DNA of 64,000 bases, taken from the NCBI GenBank assembly GCA_944380355.1, contig CALWHJ010000002.1:128368-192367 (forward strand), read 5' to 3'. This document shows positions 1 to 9,215 of this stretch, piece after piece; position 1 is the stretch's first letter; every line of letters begins with the position of its first letter. The notes under the pieces are model-generated. The model was not told the origin of the DNA. It ran no database searches and worked only from the letters and a program-made list of their open reading frames with translations. Made by a program: the position numbers and the translations under genes. The DNA is from an uncultured Christensenellaceae bacterium (lineage in GTDB: Bacteria > Bacillota > Clostridia > Christensenellales > UBA3700).

Positions 1-38
1 CGTAATTCTTTGAGTCTTTCGCAAAATTTTGTTTTCAT
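1..38 (-). CDS. 5' end of a divergently transcribed gene (partial; N-terminus MKTKFCERLKELR, XRE/HTH-regulator-like)
   Basis: The reverse complement of 1-38 reads ATG AAA ACA AAA TTT TGC GAA AGA CTC AAA GAA TTA CG. The (R)LKELR pattern is typical of the first helix of XRE-type HTH regulators. Only 12 codons are visible. Confidence 0.3.
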   Translation of the reverse strand, partial: MKTKFCERLKEL

Positions 39-71
39 ATTCTAATTTTATTAAAAAACACGTTGAGTGTA

Positions 72-100
72 TTGACAAAACACGATACGTATACTAAAAT
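72..100 (+). promoter_or_regulatory. Candidate sigma-70/SigA promoter (TTGACA-17-TAAAAT)
   Basis: TTGACA at 72-77, a 17-nt spacer, TAAAAT at 95-100, in an AT-rich divergent intergenic region. Confidence 0.35.
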
Positions 101-164
101 ATTCATAAAAGATATAAAAAATAACCATTGGCAAGTGTTATAGTAGCAGATTTTCTAATTGGTA

Positions 165-193
165 TTGACTATTTAAATTTTTGGTTATATAAT
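165..193 (+). promoter_or_regulatory. Candidate SigA promoter for the 231..3089 gene (TTGACT-17-TATAAT)
   Basis: TTGACT at 165-170, a 17-nt spacer, TATAAT at 188-193, about 40 nt upstream of the start codon. Confidence 0.45.
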
Positions 194-230
194 ATAAATA
201 TATACGCTATATGAAAAGGAGGGGAATATA

Positions 231-3089
231 ATGATTTGCAAAAACTGCCAAAAGCAATACGACGGACAAATTTGTCCCAGTTGCGGTGAGAAAGCCGATG
301 AGATGCAAAAGTGCCCTGTTTGCGGAACAGAACGCGTAGGGGAAGAAAAAAAGTGCACGAATTGCGGATACGATTATGCGCAATTTGACACGAAGGTTTC
401 TAAAAAAATAAAGGATAATAATAAAACTAAACCTTTTTTTGCGGGAGTATTTTGGATTATTCCTGCCATTGGTACGTTGCTACTGGGTATAATGGTTTTT
501 TTGACTTTGTGCGCGCCTGTTATGTTGCATAAGGGGTACAATATCTCGGGTATAGGTTTTGAGCATATTTTTAAGGTCAAAATAGATTATCTTTTTACTG
601 TTACCAGTGCTCTTACGCTTATATTGTCTATATATGTCATTATTCTGGGTATATCAAGAATAATTAAAGCAGTAGCCCATCCTTATTCCGAATACAAAGC
701 AAAGAAATCATATTGGACAGACGCAATTGTCTGCTTCGCAATACTTGCTATTGGAATAGCAGGTGTGGCCGATGCAGGTAACTGGTTTGGCGATGCAGGT
801 GCTGGATATTCATTCTGCGTGTTTATGGGCTCAGCCGGTATCGTACTCTTAATCGCAAGATATTTTATTTGGGAAAAGGGAATAAAGAAGGACGATGTTG
901 AAGTTGTTTGCCAAAATGTAAAATCAAAAGGACGCGTGTCTGAAAAGGTTGCGCAAAAAGCTTCTAAGGGTATTAAAATAACAAGTGCTTTGCTTGCCGG
1001 TATTATTGTAGCGGCGGTTGTTATAGGAGCCATAATGGGCAGTTTTTATGCTAATCCTTTCAGTAAGACTTCCTTTAAAAATGTTGAGAATAGACAAGAT
1101 ATATCAGACAGATTCGGTATGCCGATTGTAGGCAGCGAAGAGTCAACCTCTTATTTTTACGTTGACAGTAATGTTCAGGGATATGTTACGCTGAATTATA
1201 ATATAGCAAAATTGCAAGCGGAGGCACTGGAAGATTTTATTGAAGACGAAGGTAAGGGAATTAAAGATTTGAAGCAAGCTATGGGTAATTTAGCGGAGCT
1301 TAATTCCGTTGCTGAAAAGCTTAACGGAAAAAGCGAAGGAATAAGCTATAAGGTTACGACTGTAGAATTTAATGCGGACGGAGGAAAAGACAGAAAAGCG
1401 GATACTATAGCGAGCTATGTATGCAAACTTACAAAACAATTGAGCGGAGTGGTTACTCTCGAGAAAAGGCAACTTGAAAGTTTGGATATAATCGACGCTT
1501 TCGTTTTGGAAAATCAAAACAGCGTTACAGTAGAATATTTTGCCGAATATGTTGACGGAAGTTTTATAAAGAATACTGTTAAGGTAGATTATCAAGGCAA
1601 CGAGTTGCCCGCGAGCATTACTTTTAAAGATGAACTGGGCGATTACGAAATAAGTCTTGAAGATGTCAAGACAGTCAGGACAATCGATGATTGCGCATAC
1701 ATATTAGGTGATACTCTCTACGTGTTTGCCGATGTTGAAGGAGAATTGTTTAAATATCCTTCCGAAGCTCAAAACGTCAAAAAAATCGTAATAGAAGAGG
1801 GAGTAACTTCCTTGGCATCGCAAGCTTTTAAATATTGCACTCAGGCGGCTATAATAGTTTTCCCCGAAAGTCTTGATTCGTTGACTTATGCTTCTTTAAA
1901 CGATACCGCATATTACAAGGATAAGGCGAATTGGGAAAAGGGCATTGCATTGTATATTAACGATATGCTTGTAAAGGTAAGTAATGTGAGCGGCGAATAT
2001 AAGATAAGAGAAGGCACCTTGTCGATACAGTACGGAGCCTTTTTGGGCTGCAATGATTTGACAAGCGTGACAATCCCCTCGGGCGTTCAAAAAATCTCGT
2101 CTTATGCTATATCTAATGACGATTATCTGGTTATATACTGCGTTGACGCGGAAAAGCCGGCTAAATGGGAAGAAAATTGGAATGCGTTTAATTCTGTAAT
2201 TTGGGACTGCAATAATAAATCTACGGATGGAAACGGTTACGCGTATTATTTTGAAGACGGTTTAATATACGGATTGAAAGACGGTGTTGCGACTGTTATG
2301 TCGGCTAACGTAAAGGGGCAGGTAAGTATACCTTCTAACGTTAATTATAAATCAGTCGATTATCCTGTTAAATATATTTTTGACAAAGCATTTTATAATT
2401 GTAACGAGATGACGTCAATCGCTATACCTGAAAGTGTAATCGGCATCGGTACGGAGATATTTGGAGAGTGCGATTCATTGACATCGGTCAGTGTAGCACA
2501 GAATAACGCTGTTTATATCGGTACTAATAATTGTATTATTGACAAGACAACAAAGACGCTTATAGCAGGATGCAAGACGAGTTTAATACCTTCTGACGGC
2601 AGTGTAACGTCAATAGGAGACAGTGCTTTTTCTTATTGCAGAGAATTGACGGATATTCAGATACCAGATACTGTAACAAGCATTGGAAACGATGCGTTTA
2701 TGGGATGCAAAAATTTGCAAAGTATTACTCTTCCTACGGGTATCAAGGAAATAGGATGCCATACTTTTTATTATTGCGAAATGCTTGAAGAGGTAATTCT
2801 GCCCGAAAGCATCGAAAAAATAGGAATGTTTGCTTTTGCGTATTGTATAAATCTTAAAGAGATTATATTGCCTGACGGATTGACGACGATAAACAAAAGC
2901 GCGTTCAGCGGTTGTAGTTTTCTCAAAAAAGTGGTTATACCGGCAAGTGTAACTGTAATAGAACAGAATGTATTTGACAATTACAGCGGAATGACTGTTT
3001 ATTGCGAAGCAGATAGTAAGCCCGAAGGTTGGGCATCAAATTGGAATTCAGACGGATACTGCAATGTAGTATGGGGCTACAAAGGTTAA
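231..3089 (+). CDS. Membrane protein with two N-terminal zinc-ribbons, multiple TM helices and a large BspA-type leucine-rich-repeat (LRR_5-like) ectodomain
   Basis: There are four CxxC pairs in the first 50 aa (CKNC/CPSC, CPVC/CTNC). Hydrophobic helices span aa ~68-270. The last ~550 aa contain repeated ~23-aa units such as VTSIGDSAFSYCRELTDIQIPDTVTSIGNDAFMGCKNLQSITLP. An RBS (aaaggagggg) lies upstream and a terminator downstream. Confidence 0.8.
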   Translation: MICKNCQKQYDGQICPSCGEKADEMQKCPVCGTERVGEEKKCTNCGYDYAQFDTKVSKKIKDNNKTKPFFAGVFWIIPAIGTLLLGIMVFLTLCAPVMLHKGYNISGIGFEHIFKVKIDYLFTVTSALTLILSIYVIILGISRIIKAVAHPYSEYKAKKSYWTDAIVCFAILAIGIAGVADAGNWFGDAGAGYSFCVFMGSAGIVLLIARYFIWEKGIKKDDVEVVCQNVKSKGRVSEKVAQKASKGIKITSALLAGIIVAAVVIGAIMGSFYANPFSKTSFKNVENRQDISDRFGMPIVGSEESTSYFYVDSNVQGYVTLNYNIAKLQAEALEDFIEDEGKGIKDLKQAMGNLAELNSVAEKLNGKSEGISYKVTTVEFNADGGKDRKADTIASYVCKLTKQLSGVVTLEKRQLESLDIIDAFVLENQNSVTVEYFAEYVDGSFIKNTVKVDYQGNELPASITFKDELGDYEISLEDVKTVRTIDDCAYILGDTLYVFADVEGELFKYPSEAQNVKKIVIEEGVTSLASQAFKYCTQAAIIVFPESLDSLTYASLNDTAYYKDKANWEKGIALYINDMLVKVSNVSGEYKIREGTLSIQYGAFLGCNDLTSVTIPSGVQKISSYAISNDDYLVIYCVDAEKPAKWEENWNAFNSVIWDCNNKSTDGNGYAYYFEDGLIYGLKDGVATVMSANVKGQVSIPSNVNYKSVDYPVKYIFDKAFYNCNEMTSIAIPESVIGIGTEIFGECDSLTSVSVAQNNAVYIGTNNCIIDKTTKTLIAGCKTSLIPSDGSVTSIGDSAFSYCRELTDIQIPDTVTSIGNDAFMGCKNLQSITLPTGIKEIGCHTFYYCEMLEEVILPESIEKIGMFAFAYCINLKEIILPDGLTTINKSAFSGCSFLKKVVIPASVTVIEQNVFDNYSGMTVYCEADSKPEGWASNWNSDGYCNVVWGYKG

Positions 3090-3105
3090 ACTAACTAATT
3101 GGCGA

Positions 3106-3140
3106 CAAAAAATACCGACAATAGCTTGTCGGTATTTTTG
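3106..3140 (+). terminator. Rho-independent terminator
   Basis: Stem ataccgaca (3112-3120) pairs with tgtcggtat (3127-3135) and is followed by a T-run. The flanking A-run means it could also work for the convergent minus-strand gene. Confidence 0.7.
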
Positions 3141-3206
3141 TGTTAATACAATTATATCAATATTATGCACGATATATAAATTGTTTGGATTTGCGATTTA
3201 TAGGTT

Positions 3207-4028
3207 TTATTTTGCGCGGTAACCGTTGTAGGAATAGAGTGGCAAATTTTTTTGTATTCGAGCGAGGGTGTAGGTTTGCAGAGCGTTTTTAGGAGCGTAA
3301 TTTGCGCGGTCTTTTTTATAGCCGAATACACGCCTTTCGTTCATATCGCTGTCGGGGACGTAGCCGAGAATGTGGAAGAGTTTACCGAACTTTACGATAT
3401 TGCTGTCTTCTCCGAGTACGTTTTCTAGGTTGGGATTGACAAGCCAGGTTATCACGGTATAACAGCGGTATTTGTAGTCGGGATAATACTTTTCAAAAAA
3501 GGCGTTTGCGTCTTTTATTGAGGCAAGGCATTTTTGGGTATCGAGTTTTTCTCCCTGAGGGATATGCAGGGTAATGCATTTTTCTCCTAAGCGGTAGGGA
3601 CATTTGATTACGTCCTTTAATTTTGCGTGAGGAAGTATCAAAAAACGCGAAAATTCGTATTGAAGCCTTCCTATGCGGAAGATTTTCATTGAGAGATGTT
3701 TTGCTATCCAGCTAAGATTTTCAAGTCCCTGAGCGCCGTATTGTTCAAAGCCGTTGTCGCACCATATTTTGATATCCGAGAAAGTGTCGAAAAATATTTT
3801 TTCGTCTATGCCTTTTTCCTGATATTTAGCGTATACGTAAGGCAGGGCATTCAGGACCAGCGCGAGTTTTTGTTTGCCGTCGAGTTTGCGCGCGAAACCG
3901 CATTTACCTTTGAGTAAGAGGTAAAGAGTTTTATCGCAAAATTCTTTGTTGGAGTCTGTCCACCTGAGAGATTGTTGGGCGAGATTTTCGTCGATATTCA
4001 ATTTTATACAAATATCTTTTGCAGTCAT
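3207..4028 (-). CDS. Hypothetical protein, possibly DUF5596 plus GNAT-like C-terminal domain (acyltransferase-like) family
   Basis: This is a 273-aa ORF with no competing frame. The motifs RIGRLQYEF, ITLHIPQGEKL and CYTVITWLVNPNL resemble what I remember of that family. The assignment is from memory only. Confidence 0.4.
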   Translation of the reverse strand: MTAKDICIKLNIDENLAQQSLRWTDSNKEFCDKTLYLLLKGKCGFARKLDGKQKLALVLNALPYVYAKYQEKGIDEKIFFDTFSDIKIWCDNGFEQYGAQGLENLSWIAKHLSMKIFRIGRLQYEFSRFLILPHAKLKDVIKCPYRLGEKCITLHIPQGEKLDTQKCLASIKDANAFFEKYYPDYKYRCYTVITWLVNPNLENVLGEDSNIVKFGKLFHILGYVPDSDMNERRVFGYKKDRANYAPKNALQTYTLARIQKNLPLYSYNGYRAK

Positions 4029-4247
4029 ACTTCAATTATAGATTATAAGACGTATGCAGTCAATACGTCGTATCCTGCATACCGATATAAAATTTTTGTA
4101 AAAAAGCTTTTTTATAAATTGCAGATATTTGACACTAATCTTTTATTTTTGCTTACGAGCAGGGGTGAGATGCGTCAAAATCACGCAAAATACCGTCTGT
4201 TACGGCTTTTTCGCGGCAGGTGTGTTTAGGGGCAAAATCCATTCGAC

Positions 4248-4276
4248 TTGACAAATTGACAAAAATATAGTAAAAT
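4248..4276 (+). promoter_or_regulatory. Candidate SigA promoter of citrate synthase (TTGACA-17-TAAAAT)
   Basis: TTGACA at 4248-4253, a 17-nt spacer, TAAAAT at 4271-4276. Confidence 0.5.
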
Positions 4277-4385
4277 CTTTGAGTAAGCGCGATTTTTGAG
4301 GGCGCATTTCAAAAGTCAGATATATAAGTTTTTAAACAAGTTAGGATAATTTTTTCTCTGTCTTAGGTCAGAAAAAGGAGGATAT

Positions 4386-5738
4386 ATGTTCGATAAGAAA
4401 ACAGTATTGGATAACTATGCTCAAAGCTGTCTTGACAGCTATCCCGTCGACAGCTCGCTGTACACTGAGTTCAACGTAAAGCGAGGACTGAGAGACAAGT
4501 CGGGCAAAGGCGTAGTCGCAGGTATTACCGACATATCCAAAATAGTATCTTTTAAGGAAGAAGACGGTAAGCAAGTTGCTTGCGACGGCGAATTGTACTA
4601 CAGAGGTTACAGCATAAATTCGCTTGTGGACGGGCTGATAGCGGGCGACAGATTCGGTTTTGAGGAGATAACCTATCTTTTGTTGTTCGGTGAACTGCCC
4701 GACAAAAATCAGCTTGCCGAGTTTTGCGAAATGCTTACCGAGATGCGCAAGCTTCCACGCAACTTTACAAAGGACGTTATACTCAAGGCACCCAGCAAAG
4801 ATATGATGATGAGCCTTTCTAGGAGCGTGCTTACGCTTGCTTCTTACGACAAGAAATTCGATGACATAAGCGTGCGCAACGTTATCAAACAGAGCCTTAT
4901 ACTTATAAGCGTATTCCCTATGCTAGCGGTCTACGGCTATCAGGCATACAATCATTATATTTGCGACGACAGCTTGTATATACACAGACCTGACCCCAAT
5001 CTTTCCACCGCGCAAAACTTTTTGCGTATGCTTCGTCCCGACACGAAGTTCAGCGAGCTTGAGGCAAAGGTACTCGACCTCGCGCTTATACTGCATATGG
5101 AACACGGCGGCGGCAACAATTCCACGTTTACCACGCGCGTAGTTACTTCTTCGGGTACAGACACGTATTCTGCTGTTTCGGCTGCGCTTGCGTCGCTCAA
5201 AGGTCCCAAGCACGGCGGAGCGAATATCAAGGTAGTACAGATGATGAAAAACATACGCGAACACGTCCGCGACCTCGAGGACGAAGACGAGATTTACGCA
5301 TACCTCATAAAGATTTTGAGAAAAGAAGCGTTTGACGGCAAAGGTTTGATTTACGGAATGGGTCACGCAGTATATTCTCTGTCCGACCCCAGAGCGCAGG
5401 TATTCAAAAAATTCATTCACGAGCTTTCCAAGTCCAAGGGAAGAAGCAAACAGTATTCATTCTATGAGAGAGTGGAAAGGCTTGCGGCTAAGGCAATCGC
5501 CAGCGAAAGAGCAATATACAAGGGCGTAAGCGCAAACGTGGATTTTTACAGCGGTTTCGTATACAGTATGCTGGGTATTCCCGTGGAGCTTTATACGCCT
5601 ATGTTTGCCATCGCGAGAATAGTAGGTTGGTCGGCGCACAGACTTGAGGAACTTATCAACGCAGATAAGATTATCCGTCCCGCTTACATAGACATAGTCA
5701 AGATTAGAGATTATAAAAATCTCGAGGACAGAAAGTAA
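4386..5738 (+). CDS. gltA: Citrate synthase (citrate/2-methylcitrate synthase family)
   Basis: Family signatures are present: LILHMEHGGGNNSTF, GPKHGGAN, GMGHAVYSLSDPRA and NVDFYSGFVY. The RBS is aaaggagg. The length of 450 aa is typical. Confidence 0.9.
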   Translation: MFDKKTVLDNYAQSCLDSYPVDSSLYTEFNVKRGLRDKSGKGVVAGITDISKIVSFKEEDGKQVACDGELYYRGYSINSLVDGLIAGDRFGFEEITYLLLFGELPDKNQLAEFCEMLTEMRKLPRNFTKDVILKAPSKDMMMSLSRSVLTLASYDKKFDDISVRNVIKQSLILISVFPMLAVYGYQAYNHYICDDSLYIHRPDPNLSTAQNFLRMLRPDTKFSELEAKVLDLALILHMEHGGGNNSTFTTRVVTSSGTDTYSAVSAALASLKGPKHGGANIKVVQMMKNIREHVRDLEDEDEIYAYLIKILRKEAFDGKGLIYGMGHAVYSLSDPRAQVFKKFIHELSKSKGRSKQYSFYERVERLAAKAIASERAIYKGVSANVDFYSGFVYSMLGIPVELYTPMFAIARIVGWSAHRLEELINADKIIRPAYIDIVKIRDYKNLEDRK

Positions 5739-5770
5739 AAATATCTCTTCGTATTTACGCGAATATACTT

Positions 5771-5795
5771 AAAAAGGACCGCAAGGTCCTTTTTG
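5771..5795 (+). terminator. Rho-independent terminator
   Basis: aggacc (5775-5780), loop gcaa, ggtcct (5785-5790), then TTTT. Confidence 0.75.
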
Positions 5796-5934
5796 CAACG
5801 TATGTTTTTTTGTGCTAGGAGTTCTGAATTACCGATTTTAATGGCAAAAGATACCTTAATCGGTCAGATAGAAGCTTACAATATAAACTTATTGTATATG
5901 CGTTATTCTCAGACGGCGTGTGTGTTAGTGAGTA

Positions 5935-5963
5935 TTGACACCGTGCGCGCAAGATATTATAAT
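5935..5963 (+). promoter_or_regulatory. Candidate SigA promoter (TTGACA-17-TATAAT) for the 6016-10607 gene string
   Basis: TTGACA at 5935-5940, a 17-nt spacer, TATAAT at 5958-5963. Confidence 0.5.
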
Positions 5964-6015
5964 TAAAACGTAAGATAAAAACAGTTTTGACACGCAACGG
6001 CGGAAGGAGGTTTTT

Positions 6016-7506
6016 GTGAAGAAGAAAACCGTAATAATATTGACGGCTGTACTTACAGTACTGACATTGACGATGCTAATCGCGTCGGCTGTCGTTTTGA
6101 CCGTGAATACGGGAGAAGGCGCAGACAAGTACTTAGGCAAAGACCTTACTGCGGACGCTACGGAAATAACTGCTTCTACCAACGAGGCTTTGACGCGCTT
6201 TGTTACGGACGGCAACGTCAACACCTTCTGGCAGGGCGAGAGAAGAGGAAGCCACATACAGTTTTATTTTGAAAAAGGTATAGAATTCAATACCGTAGTT
6301 ATAAGCGAAACGGGTATGAGCATCAGCGCGTTTGAGATATATGTGAGCAATAACGGAAAGCATTTCGACAAGGTTTACGAGCAGGACAGAATACAGCGCG
6401 GCAGACTGTGCGCAATGACCGGGCAGTTAAACGCTAAATACGTAACTTTGAGAATTATAGACAGTGAGGCGTCCCCCCGAATAAACGATATAAGCATATA
6501 CAATGCCCAAAAATCGGGGGAGGATTTTTCTCTTGCTTCGCGTTTTGATATAGAAGACGCCGTATATCGAATTGCCGATTGGAATGCGGACGGCATTATC
6601 CCTGAATACGATGAGGTTTACGAATTGTTTGACGGAGCGAAACTCGGACTTTTCGACGAGGTAGTAATCGACGCGGGAATAGTGTGGAGTGCAGAGGGAG
6701 AGCTTTTGGCGGATAACGTAATATCGGACAACGTTGAGGCAAGCGAATTCACTCTCGATAATATAGTAAAAGCTTTGGGATATCTCAACGAAGTCAAGTC
6801 GGAAAATACGAAATTTATTCTTTCGCTTAGTGCTAAGGATGCAGGCGCTGTAAATACGGATTACTCCGTGCTTGCCCGAAATGTAAAAAGATTTTTGGCT
6901 GACAACGGCTTTGACGGAGCGGAGATAGACTGTACTTTGGCTGACGGCAAAAATCAGAGTATTTATTATGCCGACGCTATTGAGGCTTTAAGAGGTGCTT
7001 TGGGAGAAGAGACGTATATTTTAGCGGCTTTGACTACAGGACAGCTTAAGTATTATTCAGGCGCAGCTGACAAGATTGACAAGGTAAATCTCGTCGGCTT
7101 CGGACAGCTTGACCAAAACGGCGACAGCGCGGCGTTTTACGCTTCGTGCATACAGGCGGTGGATATTTGTCTGAACAACGGATTTAAGGAAAAACAGATA
7201 AATCTCGGCGCGCCTTTATACGGAGCATATTCAAAAGATGCCGAAGAAGTATACGCTTATTCTTCCGTCGAAGGGGAATACGGCTGGTATGACAACGTAT
7301 TCGAATGCGCGTGGCGTGAAGAAAGAGTATCCGACATACGCTTCAACGGCAAGCAGCTTTTGTACGACAAGACATGCTATGCAATATACAGAGGTTTGGG
7401 CGGAATTACGCTTTTCGCTCTTGAATGCGACAGGGCGGGAATAGGAGAAGATACGCTTTCTTATGCAGCCTGCAAGGCAGTAAGCGACGCGGAGGGCAGA
7501 GTATGA
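6016..7506 (+). CDS. Signal-anchored protein with an F5/8-type-C (discoidin) domain and a GH18-like TIM-barrel domain lacking the canonical catalytic Glu
   Basis: GTG start after the RBS ggaaggagg. There is an N-terminal hydrophobic anchor. The discoidin-like stretch is FVTDGNVNTFWQGE...YVTLRIID. The GH18-like stretches are FDGAEIDCT (in place of DGxDxDWE) and INLGAPLYG. Confidence 0.6.
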   Translation: MKKKTVIILTAVLTVLTLTMLIASAVVLTVNTGEGADKYLGKDLTADATEITASTNEALTRFVTDGNVNTFWQGERRGSHIQFYFEKGIEFNTVVISETGMSISAFEIYVSNNGKHFDKVYEQDRIQRGRLCAMTGQLNAKYVTLRIIDSEASPRINDISIYNAQKSGEDFSLASRFDIEDAVYRIADWNADGIIPEYDEVYELFDGAKLGLFDEVVIDAGIVWSAEGELLADNVISDNVEASEFTLDNIVKALGYLNEVKSENTKFILSLSAKDAGAVNTDYSVLARNVKRFLADNGFDGAEIDCTLADGKNQSIYYADAIEALRGALGEETYILAALTTGQLKYYSGAADKIDKVNLVGFGQLDQNGDSAAFYASCIQAVDICLNNGFKEKQINLGAPLYGAYSKDAEEVYAYSSVEGEYGWYDNVFECAWREERVSDIRFNGKQLLYDKTCYAIYRGLGGITLFALECDRAGIGEDTLSYAACKAVSDAEGRV

Positions 7507-9200
7507 AAAAGACGATGTTGAGACAGCTGAGAAATCAATACTGCGTAGGCGCGTGTGTGCTTGCTATGTCCGTTCAATTCATTCTTATGGAAAACTACGT
7601 CAATGCGGAAGTGTGCACAACGTTCGGTGAGTTCAACAATAACTTTATATGGCTTTACGCATTGTTTTTTGCGTTGGGCGGACTGATTTGTACGCTTTTG
7701 AGATTGAGAAGGGAAAAGCTCTCAAAGCTTTCCGATTCCAAGGAAAAAGCCAAAGACGCTACCGAAGTCTGGCTGGTACTGTGGGGTATAGCTCTGATAA
7801 TCGTAGCTTTCCTTTCGGTTGGCTTTGTTGTGTCGCTTTTGCCATACGTACCGGTCGGACAAGTGACGTCGGCTTTACCTCTTGTTTATGCTCTTATATT
7901 GTGCGTCAGCGGGCTTACTCATTACGGAATGTTCACAAAACTTTTCGCCAGGGTAAAGGAAGACGGCGCGAGCTTGCTTGCTCCTATTTGCGGCGGAATA
8001 GTCGTTGCGATGGTGGCGCTAATAATAATACCTCGCCAGATGAGTTATAAGATGGCAATGGTTATTTCGGGCGTACTGCTTATTTTAGGCGGGTTATTAT
8101 ATGCAAAGGCAGACTATTCAATAAAGCCGCGTTACGAAGTGCGTCCCGTCGAGAGGACAAACGATACCAGCGGGGCACTCACTCTCGTACTTTTGGGACT
8201 GATGACTTTCGGCATAACGTTCCTCTTTGTCAATATCGACAACTATGCCGCAAAATTGCAATTCGACGATATCGAGATTTATTTGCTGATAGGTTTTTGT
8301 GCAGGCGGCGCATACGTCGGCAACGCGTTTTTCAAAAAATTCGGACGTGTTTCGGGACTGCTTTCCGTAATAGATTTTGCGGTGCTGACAGTGTGTTTGA
8401 TTACGGTTTGTTTTGTTAGAGAATATCTCGTACTAGCATTTTTGTTGCTTGTGGCTTCGATATGTTTTGCCGTAATTGTCAGGGACATATTGGCAAACAT
8501 CAAAAACTGGGATAAAATGCGCCACGAGGGATACCGCTATTTGATTATTGTGGCAGGCTTTGTGGTACCTATGATTATGGGATATGCAGGCGGTACGGCG
8601 GCGACTGTGGGGCACGGTTATATGACCGATATATTTGCGGGCGTCAACGATTGGATTGCCGAATACTCATTGAGAGCGCGAGGCGCGATAGCTGATGCCG
8701 ACGGCATTTTCAGCAAGTACATAGGTGTAGGTACGAGAGTAGAGGTTGCGGACGGCAGATACGAATACGTTCCGTCGAGATATTTGCCAATGGTGACTAT
8801 GGCGTGTATGCTTTTCGGGTCGCTGTTTTATATGATATCGCAGATATACAATATACGTACCAGCGTCAACGATACGTCGAAAAACAAGACGCGCCGAGTA
8901 CCCGTAATCGTTCAGCCTATATCCGATGCGCAAAGCGAACAGATAAAAGCCGAGATGATAACGACGGATATTCTTTACGAAAGCAGCGAAGAGAGAGAAC
9001 AAAGAGAACGTCGCGAGGCTTTGGACAGAGCGCGAGCGGCTAGCAAAGACGTAGAATTCGAAGAGGTGGAAGAAGCTGCTGACGGTGGAGAAATTGATAA
9101 TGAGCCGGACGATAGTGCCGAAAAGGGTAGTGTAGATATTCAGGAGGAAGAAATTAGCGACGACGGAAATGAATACGGAAATTCCGTCGAGCGCGATTGA
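7503..9200 (+). CDS. Polytopic membrane protein of unknown function with a highly acidic C-terminal tail
   Basis: The ATG at 7503 overlaps the upstream stop codon (ATGA), so I prefer it to the upstream in-frame extension from 7425. There are about 10 or more hydrophobic helices. The last ~90 aa are rich in E/D (EEREQRERRE...EEEISDDGNE). Confidence 0.6.
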   Translation: MKKTMLRQLRNQYCVGACVLAMSVQFILMENYVNAEVCTTFGEFNNNFIWLYALFFALGGLICTLLRLRREKLSKLSDSKEKAKDATEVWLVLWGIALIIVAFLSVGFVVSLLPYVPVGQVTSALPLVYALILCVSGLTHYGMFTKLFARVKEDGASLLAPICGGIVVAMVALIIIPRQMSYKMAMVISGVLLILGGLLYAKADYSIKPRYEVRPVERTNDTSGALTLVLLGLMTFGITFLFVNIDNYAAKLQFDDIEIYLLIGFCAGGAYVGNAFFKKFGRVSGLLSVIDFAVLTVCLITVCFVREYLVLAFLLLVASICFAVIVRDILANIKNWDKMRHEGYRYLIIVAGFVVPMIMGYAGGTAATVGHGYMTDIFAGVNDWIAEYSLRARGAIADADGIFSKYIGVGTRVEVADGRYEYVPSRYLPMVTMACMLFGSLFYMISQIYNIRTSVNDTSKNKTRRVPVIVQPISDAQSEQIKAEMITTDILYESSEEREQRERREALDRARAASKDVEFEEVEEAADGGEIDNEPDDSAEKGSVDIQEEEISDDGNEYGNSVERD

Positions 9201-9215
9201 AATAATTGACGGTAT

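Noticed and set aside
7425-7502. The upstream in-frame extension of the membrane-protein ORF (MRQGGNRRRYAF...).
   Set aside because: It lies entirely inside the preceding gene's coding region. The ATG at 7503 forms an ATGA stop/start overlap and is followed directly by a sensible N-terminus.
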